The notes below the pieces were generated by a model. The model made no database searches, was not told the origin of the DNA, and was given only the letters and a program-made list of their open reading frames with translations. Of a stretch of DNA of 64,000 bases, positions 1 through 13,509 are shown piece after piece. The DNA is from Leucoraja ocellata (taxonomy: Eukaryota), in contig JAWMAR010000167.1 of the NCBI GenBank assembly GCA_036785375.1, positions 4,712,001 through 4,776,000 of the forward strand, read 5' to 3'. A program made the position numbers and the translations under genes. Numbering within the stretch: position 1 is the first letter of the stretch; every line of letters starts with the position of its first letter.

Positions 1-45
1 CCGCACGTTGGGGGAACAGACCTAACGGGTCTGCACTTGGTCTAG
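1..45 (+). mobile_element. Helitron-like 3' terminus (rest of element lies left of the window)
   Basis: Hairpin CAGACCT-AAC-GGGTCTG (17-33), then an 8-nt spacer and CTAG (42-45) followed by T, the canonical Helitron 3' signature. Confidence 0.55.
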
Positions 46-653
46 TACCATTATGTAAATATATACACACATGAATAAATAAAACAGATAAAAGTGCAAA
101 GGTTAATTGGCTTGGTAAAGGTTTGCAGGTTAATTGGCTTGGTAAATGTTTAAAAAAATTGTCCCGAGAGTGTGTACGTTGGTGCTAATATGCGGGGAAC
201 CCTGGTCGGCGTGGACACGGTGGGCTGAAGTGCCTATTTAGCTCTGTATCTCTCTACTAAACTGAACTAAACATCTGGCCAGAACGGAAGGATACTGAGA
301 CGCAGACGCGTTGCTGTTCCTCAAGTTTATGCTCAGCTTTGTTGAAACAGCGTGACTGATGCCTTTCACTTAACTAATAGCTTTGCCACGTCACAAAGAA
401 ACTTTAAAGACAGCACATTTCCCTTTTCTCTAATCTGTCTCCATCTCGGGAGACAAATTAACCACAGTCCTTGCTCAGCAGCATTAATTGCTGGGCCACA
501 CACTGCCGCTCCTTTCTGGATGGTGCAGTTCCCAGGGACTGTAGAAAAATATACCACACTGCATCGTGCAGTGTCAGCAACTTACCTAAATGTCTGCAAA
601 ATATTTAAAGTTAAATTCTGAACTCAAGGATTTTCTCTTAGGGGAACACGTAC

Positions 654-745
654 CAATAATAGCTCGTTTTCTTTCTGTCTCAGCCTCTTGCTCTACAACT
701 TTTTGCCTCTGTGCAGAAATCAGCAACTTTGTCTTCTCTCCCTCC
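654..745 (-). CDS. ERLIN1: ERLIN1 coding exon 8 (92 bp); gene continues beyond the left edge
   Basis: ttttag|...|gtacgt; encodes (M)[30 protein letters not shown], the erlin coiled-coil region; phase fits the previous exon. Confidence 0.95.
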
Positions 746-989
746 CTAAAATAAAAACAAACTGTAAGGTAGAAAGAAAAAAAAAGACATCCACCAGTAA
801 ACGACAATGTTTGTTGCAATAATTACCTTGCATGTGGCAACAATTTAAATGTGGACAATATCTGTACTCTAGACAGACAACAGGTCCAAAGTGACAGACA
901 CTGACCCCTCGTATTAACAGACCTCTTTATAACATTATTTCATGGAATGACCATTAGGTGGATGGAGTGAATTGTGTTTTTGACACATT

Positions 990-1680
990 TTAGCTTAGTT
1001 TAGTTTAGAGATAGACTCTGGCCAAATCCGTGCCAACCAACAATCACCCATACACTAGTTCTACCCCACACAATGAATTGTCTCTAGTGTGTAAGATAGA
1101 ACTAGTGTATGGGTAGTTCTATCTTACACACCAGTGCCAATTGACAGTGTTTGGATAGAACTAGCCCAGTGGGTCTATCTTCCCTCCCACATTGCAAAGA
1201 CATTGAGACAGTGTAGGTTTCCCCTGGGCACCATGGCCGCACCGCCCCCCCCCCCCCCCCCGCAAAGATGTGCAGGCCTGTAGTACAAGTGGCTTCTACG
1301 AAATGTGTGAACCGCCACCCCACAGCTCCAGAGACTTTGTGACCGGCTTCCCTGCCAGGGAACCCCGACACACCAGCTCCACCCCACACACCACTGTGTG
1401 TAGGATAGAACCGGTGCACCGGAGCAGCTGGAGGAAACCATGCCACAGGGAGCACCCGAGGCCAGGATCGAACTCGGGCTCCGGCGTCAAGAAGCAGCGG
1501 CTACAACAGCGACACACACAACCCACAGGAGCCAACATGCATGTCTCTGCATCGCTGGAGGAAACCGGAGCACCCGGATGAAACACACACTGCCACAGAG
1601 AGCACCCGAGGTTAGGGTCGAACTTGGGTCTCTGGTCCTGGAAGGTAGCAACTTTACTGCAGCGCCACTATGCCATCCCA
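990..1680 (-). mobile_element. Composite tRNA-derived SINE with repeated head segments and a poly-C run
   Basis: Two B-box-like heads (ggatcgaactcggg ~1465, gggtcgaacttggg ~1615), a SINE tail (ttagtttagtttagagata ~996) and a C-run at 1245-1261. Boundaries approximate. Confidence 0.6.
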
Positions 1681-2353
1681 AAGTATTGTGTATTTGTTGT
1701 CCCTTACTGTTTATAGTATATTTATTGGCTGCTTTTCCACATATTAACCCCGTATTTGGTTATAGCGGACAATCAGTAATAACAGACAACCCAGTGGGGT
1801 TTGTGTATCAACACACACATTTTACTCTCTGTTAAGAGATTAAGTGGAATGAAATGATTTGTTTTATATTTAATCTGCACATTTTCAAAACCTGCAACAT
1901 TTCGCTGACAGAATTTCTTACAAGTGATAAACAACCAGATTAAATACACTAATTACATTGTTGGTGAAAGATTATCTTATCTAGGCTACTTGTATTAGGT
2001 GCAGTCAGTAAATTTTGCTTAACCCAAATAGCAGCAGTTGCAGTTTCTCCTGAGCTATTTAATTAAAATGTGGTGCAAGCTATTGCCAAAAAGTGTGAAG
2101 ATTGAAGTGAAAAAGATTCTGTAACAATAATTAGATGGAAAGTTTTAAGTTGAGCTCGAAGACGACAAGATCTTCAAAACATTTCAATCTGTTGCAGGGA
2201 GCACATTCATTTTGTCATTAATAAATGACATGGTGTTGGGATTTCTAATCTAAAATAGTCAAATTCTGCTGAATAAAATTTGAGACACATATGCCAATTA
2301 ATATTTGACAACTACAGGTGGTAATATACCAATTTGCAAAGCAAAAAACTTAC

Positions 2354-2412
2354 ATGAGTTCAAAATTCCTTCTAATTGCCTCTGGTATTTTAGGTTTAGT
2401 AACTCGAACTGC
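2354..2412 (-). CDS. ERLIN1: ERLIN1 coding exon 7 (59 bp)
   Basis: caacag|...|gtaagt; [19 protein letters not shown](M). Confidence 0.96.
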
Positions 2413-3013
2413 CTGTTGACGCAATGACAAGGAAGTTAAATTTAAGAGATTTGCATATAGTTCAAATAGAATCTAAAATTCCCCAAGACTTTGCTTTGCT
2501 CAAAGTGTAAAACCCTGCAAAAGTTGTCTTACATAAAACATTAAGTAAGTAAGTAAATTTTATATATATAGAACGTTTAAATCAACTCGCGTTGAAACCA
2601 AAGTGCTTTACATAAAAGAAATAATTAAGTTTCCGTATATCCATAGAAAAAATTAAAAATAAGAAAAAATGACACAACACATTATAGAATTCAACATGAA
2701 CGTCCCCCCACAACAAAATCACAACTAGTCATTTAGTTGCACGACTCAATATATTTTACCTACTTTACTGCTCTGCCCCCCCCCCCTCCCCTTCCCCACC
2801 CCCTCCAATCTTAACTCCAATATTTAGCTATAAACTGTGGAAACAAGAACCATCAAGTTCAACTGGATTTTATTTGTAGTACAGTATTAGAAAAGTCTAA
2901 TTAAGAAATTTGCTTTGCTTAATAAAAATGAATGGATGCTACACAGTTTACCAGTATATGCAAAATGCACATCAATACATCAAGAAATGGAATGTCAAAG
3001 GTTTATCATTTAC

Positions 3014-3087
3014 CTGTATTCTAATACCAGGTGCCATAACAATCAAGTCTTTTTGTAAAGCCAACTTCAGGTTTTCATCGATTTGAT
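3014..3087 (-). CDS. ERLIN1: ERLIN1 coding exon 6 (74 bp)
   Basis: cttcag|...|gtaaat; (D)QIDENLKLALQKDLIVMAPGIRIQ. Confidence 0.96.
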
Positions 3088-3432
3088 CTGAAGCACAGCA
3101 AACCCACATTTATGACTGGCAATATTAGAATATGTCAAACTGCACTATAATAAACATTACACATACAAGTTTTATTTGCCAACATCTCAAATAAACGTGG
3201 TATATTTAATTCTAAAATTTAGGACATCACATAATTCGATATTTCAATTTTTTCTTTTAAATAACCTATCAAACTGATTCTTTACCTGGCAAGAGAAATT
3301 GACAATTTTTTTTCATTGGCAGTTTTTATTATTTCAGTTGACTGAAAATTTTTGGTTTGTCAACATTTCTTTTTAAACCAAGCGAGCATATATGTCTTCA
3401 CCAACAGTATAAGAAGCTTAGGCAAACCTCAC

Positions 3433-3558
3433 CAAAGTATTCGATGTAAACTTCCTGTAGGGTGTGCACACTGCAAAACTGGTTCAGTTCATGATGAATT
3501 TTGTTGAAAATCAAAGCCCTGTCATAATCAGCTGTGTAGTTCTTTGCAATATCATACA
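3433..3558 (-). CDS. ERLIN1: ERLIN1 coding exon 5 (126 bp)
   Basis: cctcag|...|gtgagg; (V)[45 protein letters not shown] domain with the conserved NYT glycosylation sequon. Confidence 0.97.
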
Positions 3559-3814
3559 CTGAGGAGAAAAAAAAGACAATTTCACATGTGGCCAGCATGT
3601 CCTGATTTTGCATCCAGATTATTAGTGTTAACATTCTTCATTTTCATGTGTTTTATGGTATTTCTGAATGTTTCTAAATACAGTAAAATTCACAATAATC
3701 TGGAACACTTGGGACTTTGGACATGCAAGATTGGCAGACTTTCTGGATTATTGAATTCTATTAAACTCATTTGGACTCACTTCAAGGGCATTTGGACAAG
3801 TACTTGGCCGGTGT

Positions 3815-4065
3815 AACTCAGCAGGTTAGGCAGCATTCCTGGAGAAAATGGGTAGATCATGTTTCGGGTTGAGACCCTTCTTCAGACTTCCTTAGTTCAA
3901 ACAATGTAGACAACACAATATCATGGACACCATAAAAAGGGGCACTGGGTGAAAAGGGGACAAGTGAATTGCTGCTCCACTTGGAAGGAGCTTTTAAGGA
4001 CCTAGAGAGTGGCAGGAGCCAAATAGTAAGTATTTCATCTTTTGTGAGGCATGAAGGGGATTTGG
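3815..4065 (-). mobile_element. Penelope-like fragment: hammerhead-type short repeat joined to element body
   Basis: Similar to 57050-57300 (shared ccttcttcagactt...gaaaaggggacaagtgaattgctgctccacttg). Hammerhead-like core on the minus strand at 3858-3885. Confidence 0.6.
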
Positions 4066-5395
4066 ATGAAGCATCTTGATTGCGTGAACCAGTTGGGCCG
4101 AAGGGCCCGTATCCGTGATGTACGTCTCTGTCATTAATATCATTTGGGATCAGGTACTAATCTATGTGCCGCCCCGCTATTTACCATGATAACTTGAAGA
4201 AAAGATCGTTAATAGGTTATTCCTTACCTTTCAGATATTAATCGTACATATTCTTTTGTTCAGTAATAGTTCACTAAAAAACTAAATTACGATGCCACAG
4301 ATACCATTTGTTAAAAATTGCAGCAAATCCCAATTACTTTGAGACAAAGCTGCATGAAATTATGGAATGTTGGATCTAACAATGAATCTGCCTGAACTAC
4401 TGAGGAGATGACCAAAGTAGTCCACTTTGTGTGGATAAAAGAAAAAATGATTTTCTAGGCAAACGAATCCAAAAGAGAAACCACTGATTGAAGTTTAAAC
4501 TCATAAAATTGTTGTCCCGGTTAGGAAACTGTATGACCAGAAAGTGTCGGGTAGTAAAGATAACAAATACACAAGCCATATTAAATTGCTGCTACTGTTG
4601 TCTAAATTAATAACTTGGAAGGTGGGACTGAAAGTCTTATATAAGAATATGCCAATGAAAGTAAGACATGCTAAAATAGGAAACACTTTACAGATTAGCA
4701 AAAATAATAAAAAGAGAAGGTCCAAACAGAAGTTGGGACACGCATAAATAATTAAAATAGCACGGACATACAGAACATTATCAAAAAGGCCCATGCAATG
4801 CTGTAATTATCACATGATCAGATTACAGGGTGACAAAAGGCAAGGTCCTGCTTATCTTGGAGTTCCGGAGTCATTCTGAGCAATACACCTTAGAAAGGAA
4901 ATATGGAATGGAATACTTTATTGTCACATGTGAAATTCTTTGCTTGCATACCCAAGGTATGCAAATACCAGCTTTAGAGTAGGTGCAGTGTAAATATAAC
5001 CTAATTCAACAGACTCCAAGCTTAAATTACAAGGCGACAAAAAAAGGGCTGAAGTCTGTAATGTAGAAGGTGAAGGAACATTTTAATAGCAACTTGGTTG
5101 TATTGTAGACAAAGATAAACTATTTCTGCTGGTTAGAGTGTCCAGGACTAAGGGTGGATTAAGTTGAAGTTTAATTTTTACAAACAGTAATTGATGCACG
5201 GTTAAAAGTTAACTTTATGTCCGAGATTGATAGATTCTTGACCAACATTAAAAGATGTGGGGAAAAGGCAGGAATATAGAGTTATATCTGCCTTAATCTC
5301 CCTGATTGGTAGGTCAGGCATACGGGGTCAAATGGCCCACCTGATAATATCTTCCTGTGTTTTATGCAGTTCAAAATATTACTAGCTACATTTAG

Positions 5396-6008
5396 CAGGA
5401 CTCGAAATTATTGGTTGCCCGGGTGCCAATGGCCACCTAAAGTCCCGCCGGGCAACCTAAAAGCCGTTCCATTTTGCCCGGCTTGGCAAGCACCCGGGAC
5501 ACCTGCCATTCAACTCTGAACGGGCCCCCCTCTCTATCTCTCTCTGTCACTCTCCGTCTCCGCTCGCCATCCGTGTCCGGGCCTCCGGGCTCCGCTCTAT
5601 GATTTTTGGCTGGGTCTCGGGTCTCCGCTCTACAGCCGCTCCTTATCCGCTGGCACAGCCGGCCGCCTTGCTCATCCTCCCCCTGCACCACGGCCAGCAC
5701 AACATTGGCCGCCCTGCCCATGCGCACTGCCACGGCAACTGGTCGGCGCCGGGCACTTTCTCCCTCCCTTTGCATTGTGGGATATCTGGCTGCCTCGCCG
5801 CAACCGCTGAAAAAACAACGCAGAATCACTCCCTGGAGCTGGAGTAACTCCCTGGAGTAACTCTTGCTTCAGAAGTTAATTTCTTAAGCAGCAAGATGAA
5901 ACAGGAAGTCGGGCTGATTTTAGTATTTTACAAAACAAATCCGTACATCCGTATTCTGATCGCATTTCTGTACAAAATACGGAAAATCCGTACTACTTGG
6001 CAGCTCTG
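5396..6008. mobile_element. GC-rich non-autonomous DNA transposon sequence with two different hAT-style ends
   Basis: Left end CAGGACTCGAAATT; right end reads CAGAGCTGCCAAGT on the minus strand, with repeated atccgta subterminal motifs. CpG-rich interior in an AT-rich intron; no matching TSD. Confidence 0.45.
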
Positions 6009-7296
6009 CTAATTAATCAATTGCTTGACTTGAAACTGGATGCAATTTAGATGGCTTAGCCTAAAATGTTTCCAATGGATGTGAATGAAATGCCTCGATC
6101 AACTGGTAACAAGCTGACCGAGACTTACGTGCTTGAACAAGTTATAGAAATGCAACAAAACCACCAAAATCATTAAATGGTTGAACCTTGTAGGTGTGGC
6201 ATGAGGTCAATGCGCATATGGTAAAAATACACACCAGAAAAGAAACTTGAAGCTCGGAGGCTAAATACAGGGAGTCACAAGTTATATCATCTTGCTGATT
6301 TCTTCTTGGAAAAGTGCTTGGACAAAAATCTGCAGACCAACGATTAATACAATAGAGTAGTTTAACTATGTACCATTCCTTTTGCAAAGTGACATTTCAT
6401 GGCAACCTTCGCTTAAATCCAAAATACAGTTCAAAGGCACAAATGTTAGTAGTCTTATTAAAAGTAAGGATTTTGGGAAGGAAAAAAAAAACAGCTGTAT
6501 AAATATCACATCACTAATGGAGTAGCAGTGAGAAGAAATTTGCTGATCGAAATAAGAAACCAGTGCTGCACTCAAATTAAATAGAGGCAAGAATTTTGAT
6601 GGGGACAATCTTTCACTTAACGGGCTGTCTGGCAATCATTGTATGCCATGCATTAAATATTTTGTATGGTTAAAATTACAAGCACTGTACATCCTATATT
6701 GTCAGTGCTTCAAAAACTTCAAGTAAGAACCAAGTCAGATAAGAAGTTAGTAACTTCCAAAACATGCAGTTTGCTACCATTTCAAGTCAGGGAATAATTA
6801 AAATGTTCTCTTTCTCTCAAGAAACCTTTTGAGATGAGGACAAATATATTGTATTCATCGCTTCAATCTATAGCTGCACCCCTTTTCATATTTTGTGTTT
6901 CATTATTATTTTAAAAGAGCATTAACAATGCAAAATGAAGCACTTTCATATTTTGTATGAACGTCTCAGAAATCAGATTCACGATGTATATCCGTGTGTT
7001 TAACTCCACCTTAGAAAAACATTCATTTCAAAACCTCACCGTTCTTCTGCAAAACGAGGAAAGCATCAAAAATCTAAAACTACCATTACATGTCACAAAA
7101 TAAATGATTAAATAGGCATGTTATGCAGAGTTCTCAATATTAAAATCAAACTTCAATTTCATATAAATACTCATGATTGAAATATCAGGATTTTTCTGAA
7201 TTGCAAGTTGTACCAAGTTCAGTAAAAGTAACCAAAATTGTGAATTAACCATTGTGACTGAAATGTCAAAAACCATAAGGCTCACCAAATGCTGAC

Positions 7297-7358
7297 CTGC
7301 ACTTGGAGCAAGGCTGTTCACCACTTCTATTCTGTCGAAATAGATCATGACCCCACCA
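7297..7358 (-). CDS. ERLIN1: ERLIN1 coding exon 4 (62 bp)
   Basis: ctacag|...|gtcagc; (S)GGVMIYFDRIEVVNSLAPSA. Confidence 0.96.
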
Positions 7359-8274
7359 CTGTAGAAGGTAAAAGTAAATTGTTTAGTAATACAATATATA
7401 ACAGACATAAAAATAACTCAGCTATTAAAAGTACTTCGATTATGTACTAGTTGAACAAAAGCTAGAACACCTTTATGAAAGATGCAACAAAATAAAGAAC
7501 AACGGGGCATTTCCTACCATCTAATCCAGTTTTACCCAGTTGCTAAATCATCTACAGACAAGGATTTGTGTACATGGATGGTTATACTAGAAAATAACCA
7601 CATAAACTGTTTAAAAAAAAAAAACACTCCACGAGTTAGGCAGCATATGTGAAAAGAGAAACAGAATACACTCTTTCATCAGAACTGGGAAGAGAGAAAA
7701 TGACTTAATTTTAAATTGCAGAGGTGGGAGTGAGATAACTAGACCAAAAGGAATATCTGTGAAAGGGTAAAACTAGGATTGCCATCCCCACTCTCTCTTC
7801 AGTAGGGCCCAACCATCTCTCCCACCCACGCCTCGATAACTTTGCTTCTCCAGTTCTGACAAAGTGTCTCAAACATGAAAAACTGTTTATCATTCCACAG
7901 ATTCTATCTATCCCTCAGAGTGTTTCCAGTATTTTGTTTTTACTATTACGCAATTCACAAATGTATCCAGTTCTCACGCAAAAGGCAAAGCGGCACAGCC
8001 CAATGAGAAGCTCAGCGATGCATACTTTTAAAATATATAATTGCATGCCTTGGTTGGTATGTGCACGTTTTATTTTAATATAACAAGAAAATTCTTACAA
8101 CTTCAGTCAAACGCAAATGGGAAATATTAACAAGATTATCAAGTAATATAACTAATTAAAAAGTTTGCTGAAACAATATAACTACATTTAAGTTGTTTCT
8201 TTCCCATAACTTTCTAAAAAGAAATGGTATTGTCATAATAGGGATTAAACAACATAAAGCAAATGTTCACACAC

Positions 8275-8321
8275 CTTGTTCCGCAGGGAACATTTTTCAC
8301 TTCATCTGTTTGTAAAGTTGT
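8275..8321 (-). CDS. ERLIN1: ERLIN1 coding exon 3 (47 bp)
   Basis: ttacag|...|gtgtgt; TTLQTDEVKNVPCGT(S). Confidence 0.96.
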
Positions 8322-9785
8322 CTGTAACAGAGAAGTTAAAGTGTGTTTGTGAAATGAAATAAAACGTAAGCATGGTAAAGGCAAGATTATATACAGCAAT
8401 GAGGGCAAAACATTGTATTTGTACTATACATCCCTCTATGGATTCAATCACCAATACCTGCCCTTTGTTCCCGATGTATTTGTTTTTAATAAGCATTAGA
8501 GTTTCAATAGAATCAAGAGATTGTTTTTCATTTGTCCAAAGAGCATGGATTAAGTGCACTCGGGTATAAATTAGATCAAATATCCTACTTTCCCCCTCTT
8601 CCCATCCCTATAACTAAAATGTAACCTTCCTGGATAAAATAGCAGCTTTCACTCATCTCTGAAGGCAGATTTTAATTTAAACAACTGCACTAAATAACTA
8701 GTGTGAACAGAATTAATTAATAAAATACAATCTCAAAAGTCAGATTCAAATTTCATTCAAATTAAATTCCACCATTCTTAAAAATGCATATCACTGAAGT
8801 ATTTTTTAAATGTCATATTCAAGATTTCTTCATCTGGCTGTGTGTTCGGATATTGTGGCCAAGAGCACAAACAGGCTTATATATGAATACTTATCCCACT
8901 TGCTGAGCACATTCACCAGACCTGTGAATGACAGCCTCTTGGCTCAAGAGCTAACACTACACAAAAAGTCGGTGTCACAGCTGAGCAACGGCAGCACAAT
9001 TCTCATCCTCATCTTGACCATCGGCAATTAGCTTTAAGGCCTTCTTTTGCAATTCCTTTCTTTGCTGGTTCCTCACCTTCTAAAGACCTTGTCAACTATC
9101 CTTTCAACATACTCTTGACACTTTTTTTATTTCCCTCAGTGACCACGCTACTGATTGCAGTTAAGTGCTGCAAGCTATACCATGGAGCATTCTTGAAGTA
9201 TAAACATTTATTCTTGCATCCTTGGCAACAAAAACATGGAGCACTGAGAAACAATTAGTTTCAATACCTCTCTGGTACATTTAATCTCTGCCCTTGTACG
9301 TCATTTAGTGTGATAGCTCCTTTACTGATGCTTGCCATGTCATCAGTCTGTGGTGCATCACAATATTCTTACTGGTCTGTCCTTTTCAACTGACTTGTAT
9401 ATTGTGGCATTCAAGAATCCTGGTCCTGAATTAACACTGTGTAAATAGGTTACATTGAAGCTCAGAACAGGGGGGTGGGATGTTAGGTCACTCATGAAAT
9501 GTTCAAGATGTGGAAGAGCTTCCCAGTTTTTTTTAGAAACATAGAAAATTAGGTACAGAAGTAGGTTATTTGGCCCTTCGAGCCAGCACCGCCATTCAAC
9601 AAGATCATGGCTGATCATCTATGGGCTTCTAAACTAATTGATGTTCACCACTCAGGATAACTTAACAGAAAATTAAAACGCATTGCAGTTTCACATTCAA
9701 TACAAATATTTAAATTATATTTATTTCAAAACATTAATCTGTCATCTAGTCTTCATCTACCTGGAAGTGTAAAAAAAATGCTAAC

Positions 9786-9867
9786 CTGAACGGATCTGAA
9801 AGATGTAATGAATGGCACCATAATGTGGTACCCAGGGGAACTCAGAGAGAGCAATAACGCACCACCT
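9786..9867 (-). CDS. ERLIN1: ERLIN1 coding exon 2 (82 bp)
   Basis: ctctag|...|gttagc; (R)[27 protein letters not shown]. Confidence 0.96.
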
Positions 9868-11249
9868 CTAGAGAAAAGAAAAAATATTGAATATGTTGAC
9901 ATCTCTACAAAAACTAAGACATGACTGCTCAAAATGAGGGTAGCTGTAAAATAACAACTTCTGTATATATGATTTATGTACATAGCTTAGAACAGGTACT
10001 CAACTGAATTTCAATTAAGCATATCAGCCCTTAAGGTTGAAGGATCTTTGCTGACGTTTATGCTCTGCACAAGCATCCTTTGCCATCAATATATTTTAAT
10101 ACTATCATCTATATCAATCTCATGCAAAGCAATAAAATGGTACATTTTGTCCTTGGCTTGTGTTTGGAAGCTATTTTTTCAAAAGATATATATCAGTAAT
10201 TATAGTTGAAGTATTAGTGTCAGAGACTTTCTACAGCCTTAGCCAACCCACAACTAACTCCCACCACCCATAGTGCAGAGGTTGCCATCAATTATTCAAA
10301 GCTCATTCCAGAAAACAACATGACAAAGTGTTGTTCACATGCACAGGAAACGTTTAGTGGGATATGGACCAAATGTGGAGAAATGGAACGAGCCGAGATG
10401 AGGCATCTTGGTCGGCACGGACAGCTTGGGTTGAAGGGCCTGTTTCCATGTTGTGTGACTAGTTATGGCTTCACTTATACTTTGACGTCCACAATATTTA
10501 GCTAATAACATTTATACAATGAAAGGTTAAGAAAAGTTCATTTCCTTCTCCAAAACCCTCTATTAACTTGCTCATTTAGATTTTTTCCTCTCTAAATTGC
10601 TTTCATCTTTTTCTTCTGATACTTCTCTCCTTTTCACTCATTTCCTTTTCGCTTTCTCTCACTGCTATTATTTTGCTCTCAAACTCCATTTTCCGTTAGT
10701 GTATTCTTTCATTTCCCATTGTATTTTCATTTCCAAACTCACTTTTTCACTTCTATCAGTTTCCAGGAACAGATCTTGGTTTCTCAAACCATCCTCTATA
10801 AGGAACCTGATTCGTGAGCTGTAGCAGCGTTTAAATTTTGACTGTTGTCTGGGTGGGACAGCCCTGCAACCACCTCCCTGGATATGGTTGCATAGAACAC
10901 AAAAGTGCTGAAGTAACTCAGCAGGTTAGCGTTTCTGGAGAACATGAATAGGTGACGTTTCAGGTCAGGATCCTTCAGTCTGAATGTTGCTTGACCCACT
11001 GAGTTACTCCAGCACGTCATGTTCTCCCTTAATATGGTGGTGGGTTCAAGCCGCTACTTAGATGAACAAAAAACAAACCCAGAAATAAAATCTGTGCTAT
11101 GGCAACTCCTGTTAAAACAAAAATAATCATCATGAAATATCTGTGAATTTCATAATAATCCTTAATAGTTATTAAATATCAGGAGTTATGCACATATGAA
11201 ATTTTGCAACTTTATTTGAATAAAACCACCTTTTTCATTTATTTCACTT

Positions 11250-11532
11250 TAATTAGTTTTAGAGATACAGCGTGGAAACAGGCCCTTCGGCCCACCAAGT
11301 CCACACCGACCAGTAAACCCCGCACATTAGCACTATCCTACACACACTTGGGACTATTCACACTTATACCAAGCCAATTAAACTACAAACCTGTACGCCT
11401 TTGGAGTGTGGGAGGAAACCGAAGATCTCGGAGAAAACCCACACGGTCACGGAGAGACTCCGTACAGACAGCACCCGTAGTCGGGGTCGAATCCGAGTGC
11501 TGTAAGGCAGCAACTCTACCGCTGCGCCACCC
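11250..11532 (-). mobile_element. HE1-like V-SINE (tRNA head, V domain, CR1-type tail)
   Basis: Minus strand starts gtggcgcagcggtagagttgctgcc; V-domain-like gtgggttttctccgagatcttcggtttcctcccaca; tail ccgaagggcctgtttccacgctgtatctctaaaact. Confidence 0.75.
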
Positions 11533-12654
11533 TAATGTAATTAAGCCAAATTTTGTTCACCCTCCGATAAAGCACCTTGGGATATCTAGCTGCACTATCA
11601 AGTACTTTAAATATATAAATTTGTTTTGAACACTTTGCAGGGACTTTGATTGAACAGATCAGGAAATGAACTGAATCACACAAAATTGTAGCTCAAAATA
11701 TACTGAAAAACCAGCCCCCGTGCTACCATCCAATCATTTTTGTGTGATCTTCTAATATCTTCAAATACCAGCTCAAAAATAAATGAGGCTACAAGGCCAT
11801 GCAAGTTGCAAGTGATTTGTCAAATATGTCTTATCACTGCTGGCATCAACAACCGTCTGCAAGGTATAACATCCAAACCTCTATTGCAGCAAAGATCGAC
11901 AGTTAATAAACCAGACACATTATTCAAAGGTAAGGAACTGCCATTGAAAAAAAAGGGGAAGCAAGTGGCAGAAAGGGAAGTCAAAGCAAAACAATGTGCT
12001 GTGTTCCTCAGGGTACAATTCATTCACCATATTTTTTCCAGATACACTTTATTCTGAATAATACATTGCAATTTAAAAAACAAAATCCTGAACACAAGTG
12101 GTAATGATTTATGGCTTAATACATTACTCATGTGGAGTGAATGCAATCTTGTGAAAGGAGAAACTTAAAACAGTCAGGCATAACAATTTCCAACGATAAC
12201 AAGAATCCACTTGGGAAGGAAACGTGCCACTGCAGCATACGGTGTTTAACTAGAACCAAACACAAGATTCACTCCTGACACAAAAAAACAAAGAAAACAA
12301 ATAGTTCATGCTACTTGTGCTGATAACTGGGAAGATGAAGCTTTGACATATTTTAACAAATTGACCCATTTGCTAAACAAAAGTAACTGAAGACTAAACA
12401 TCACTAAGGTACATTAACTAACAAGGGCATCATAGTTGTCCAACAAGTGGATTAGGGGAGAGTTCTGCGGCACGAAGTAGTGCTCTAGGAGAATAATGGA
12501 CTTCAAAATTTACCACTTCATGTTTGATTGGATGATGCTCAGTTACGACTGGATAATTTAAAGGATAACCTAATGTCCAGTGCTGAGAAATTGGGTGTTA
12601 TTCTTCTTTTGGAACTATCTGTGTGAAATGGCAAGTTGTTTTGTTATGTCATAC

Positions 12655-12940
12655 AGTCATAGAGTGACACAGCATGGAAACAGGCCCTTCGGTCCAACTT
12701 GCCCACACCAGCCAACATGTCCCAGCTGCACTAGTCCCACCTGCCCGTGCTAAACCCATATCCCTCCAAACCTGTCCCAGACTACTCAACCTCTCCCTAT
12801 AGCTCAGACCCTCGAGTCATGGCAACATCCTCGTGAATCTTCTCTGTACCCTTTCCAGCTTGACCCTTATATCTTTCCTATAACATGGTGCCCAGAATTG
12901 AACACAATACTCCAAATATGGTCTCACCAACGCCATATAA
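12655..12940 (-). mobile_element. CR1-type LINE 3' fragment
   Basis: 3' UTR tail (ccgaagggcctgtttccatgctg on the minus strand) joined to ORF2 C-terminal remnant ([14 protein letters not shown]-like). Confidence 0.65.
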
Positions 12941-13396
12941 AAAGTCTATACTGATAGAAACAATATGTCAACAAATTGGAGTTTCCGTCAATTGGCCTCA
13001 GGAGTATGTCAAATTTTGTAATAGTGGAATAAAAACATTTGATTTGTCCAAAAATGTGTGCAATCCCTAAAAGCAAGCAATGTTGCAGTAGGAAGAGTGT
13101 ACAAGAACAATTAATTCGGTATAAAACAATATACAGACACTATATATTTTTTAAAGAGTAGTTTCACGCTACAAAATATCTGAGCATGTTATATTGCTGT
13201 TACAAATGGAACTTTTAAAAAAATGGTTATCATTGCAAGGCCATAAGTCCAATTACAAATTCCTAAGTCAATCAGAGGTTGCAGGTTCTCAGAAATATGC
13301 AACTGGTTGGAACTTTATTAATTCCTGCTCTGAGTTATGAGGAAGCAAAATAATGAGTTTTTTTGAAAAGAAAATTGGTTTCACAAGATTTACTAC

Positions 13397-13509
13397 CTGT
13401 AGTAAATGCCAAGGTGCCCCTCTTCAATCTTGTGTATGGAAGAGTAAAGGAAGAAAGACACGGCTGCAGTTATTGCGACCACAATTGCTCCAACATGAGT
13501 CATGGTCAT
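13397..13509 (-). CDS. ERLIN1: ERLIN1 first coding exon (113 coding bp; exon starts at 13519)
   Basis: ttgcag|gcaaggcagcATG...TACTACAG|gtagta; MTMTHVGAIVVAITAAVSFFLYSSIHKIEEGHLGIYYR, an N-terminal membrane anchor plus the erlin HKIEEGH motif. The MxMT start and adjacency to CHUK favour ERLIN1 over ERLIN2. Confidence 0.93.

Noticed and set aside
1102-1835. Cluster of ORFs on both strands
   Set aside because: Fall within a composite SINE and poly-C tract.
5437-5860. Overlapping 82-130-aa ORFs
   Set aside because: GC-rich interior of a transposon-like insert with no recognisable protein motif.
9750-9785. AG|GT motif 26 nt into the intron after ERLIN1 coding exon 2 (alternative donor or recursive site)
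   Set aside because: Use would shift the frame, the donor match is modest, and there is no transcript evidence.
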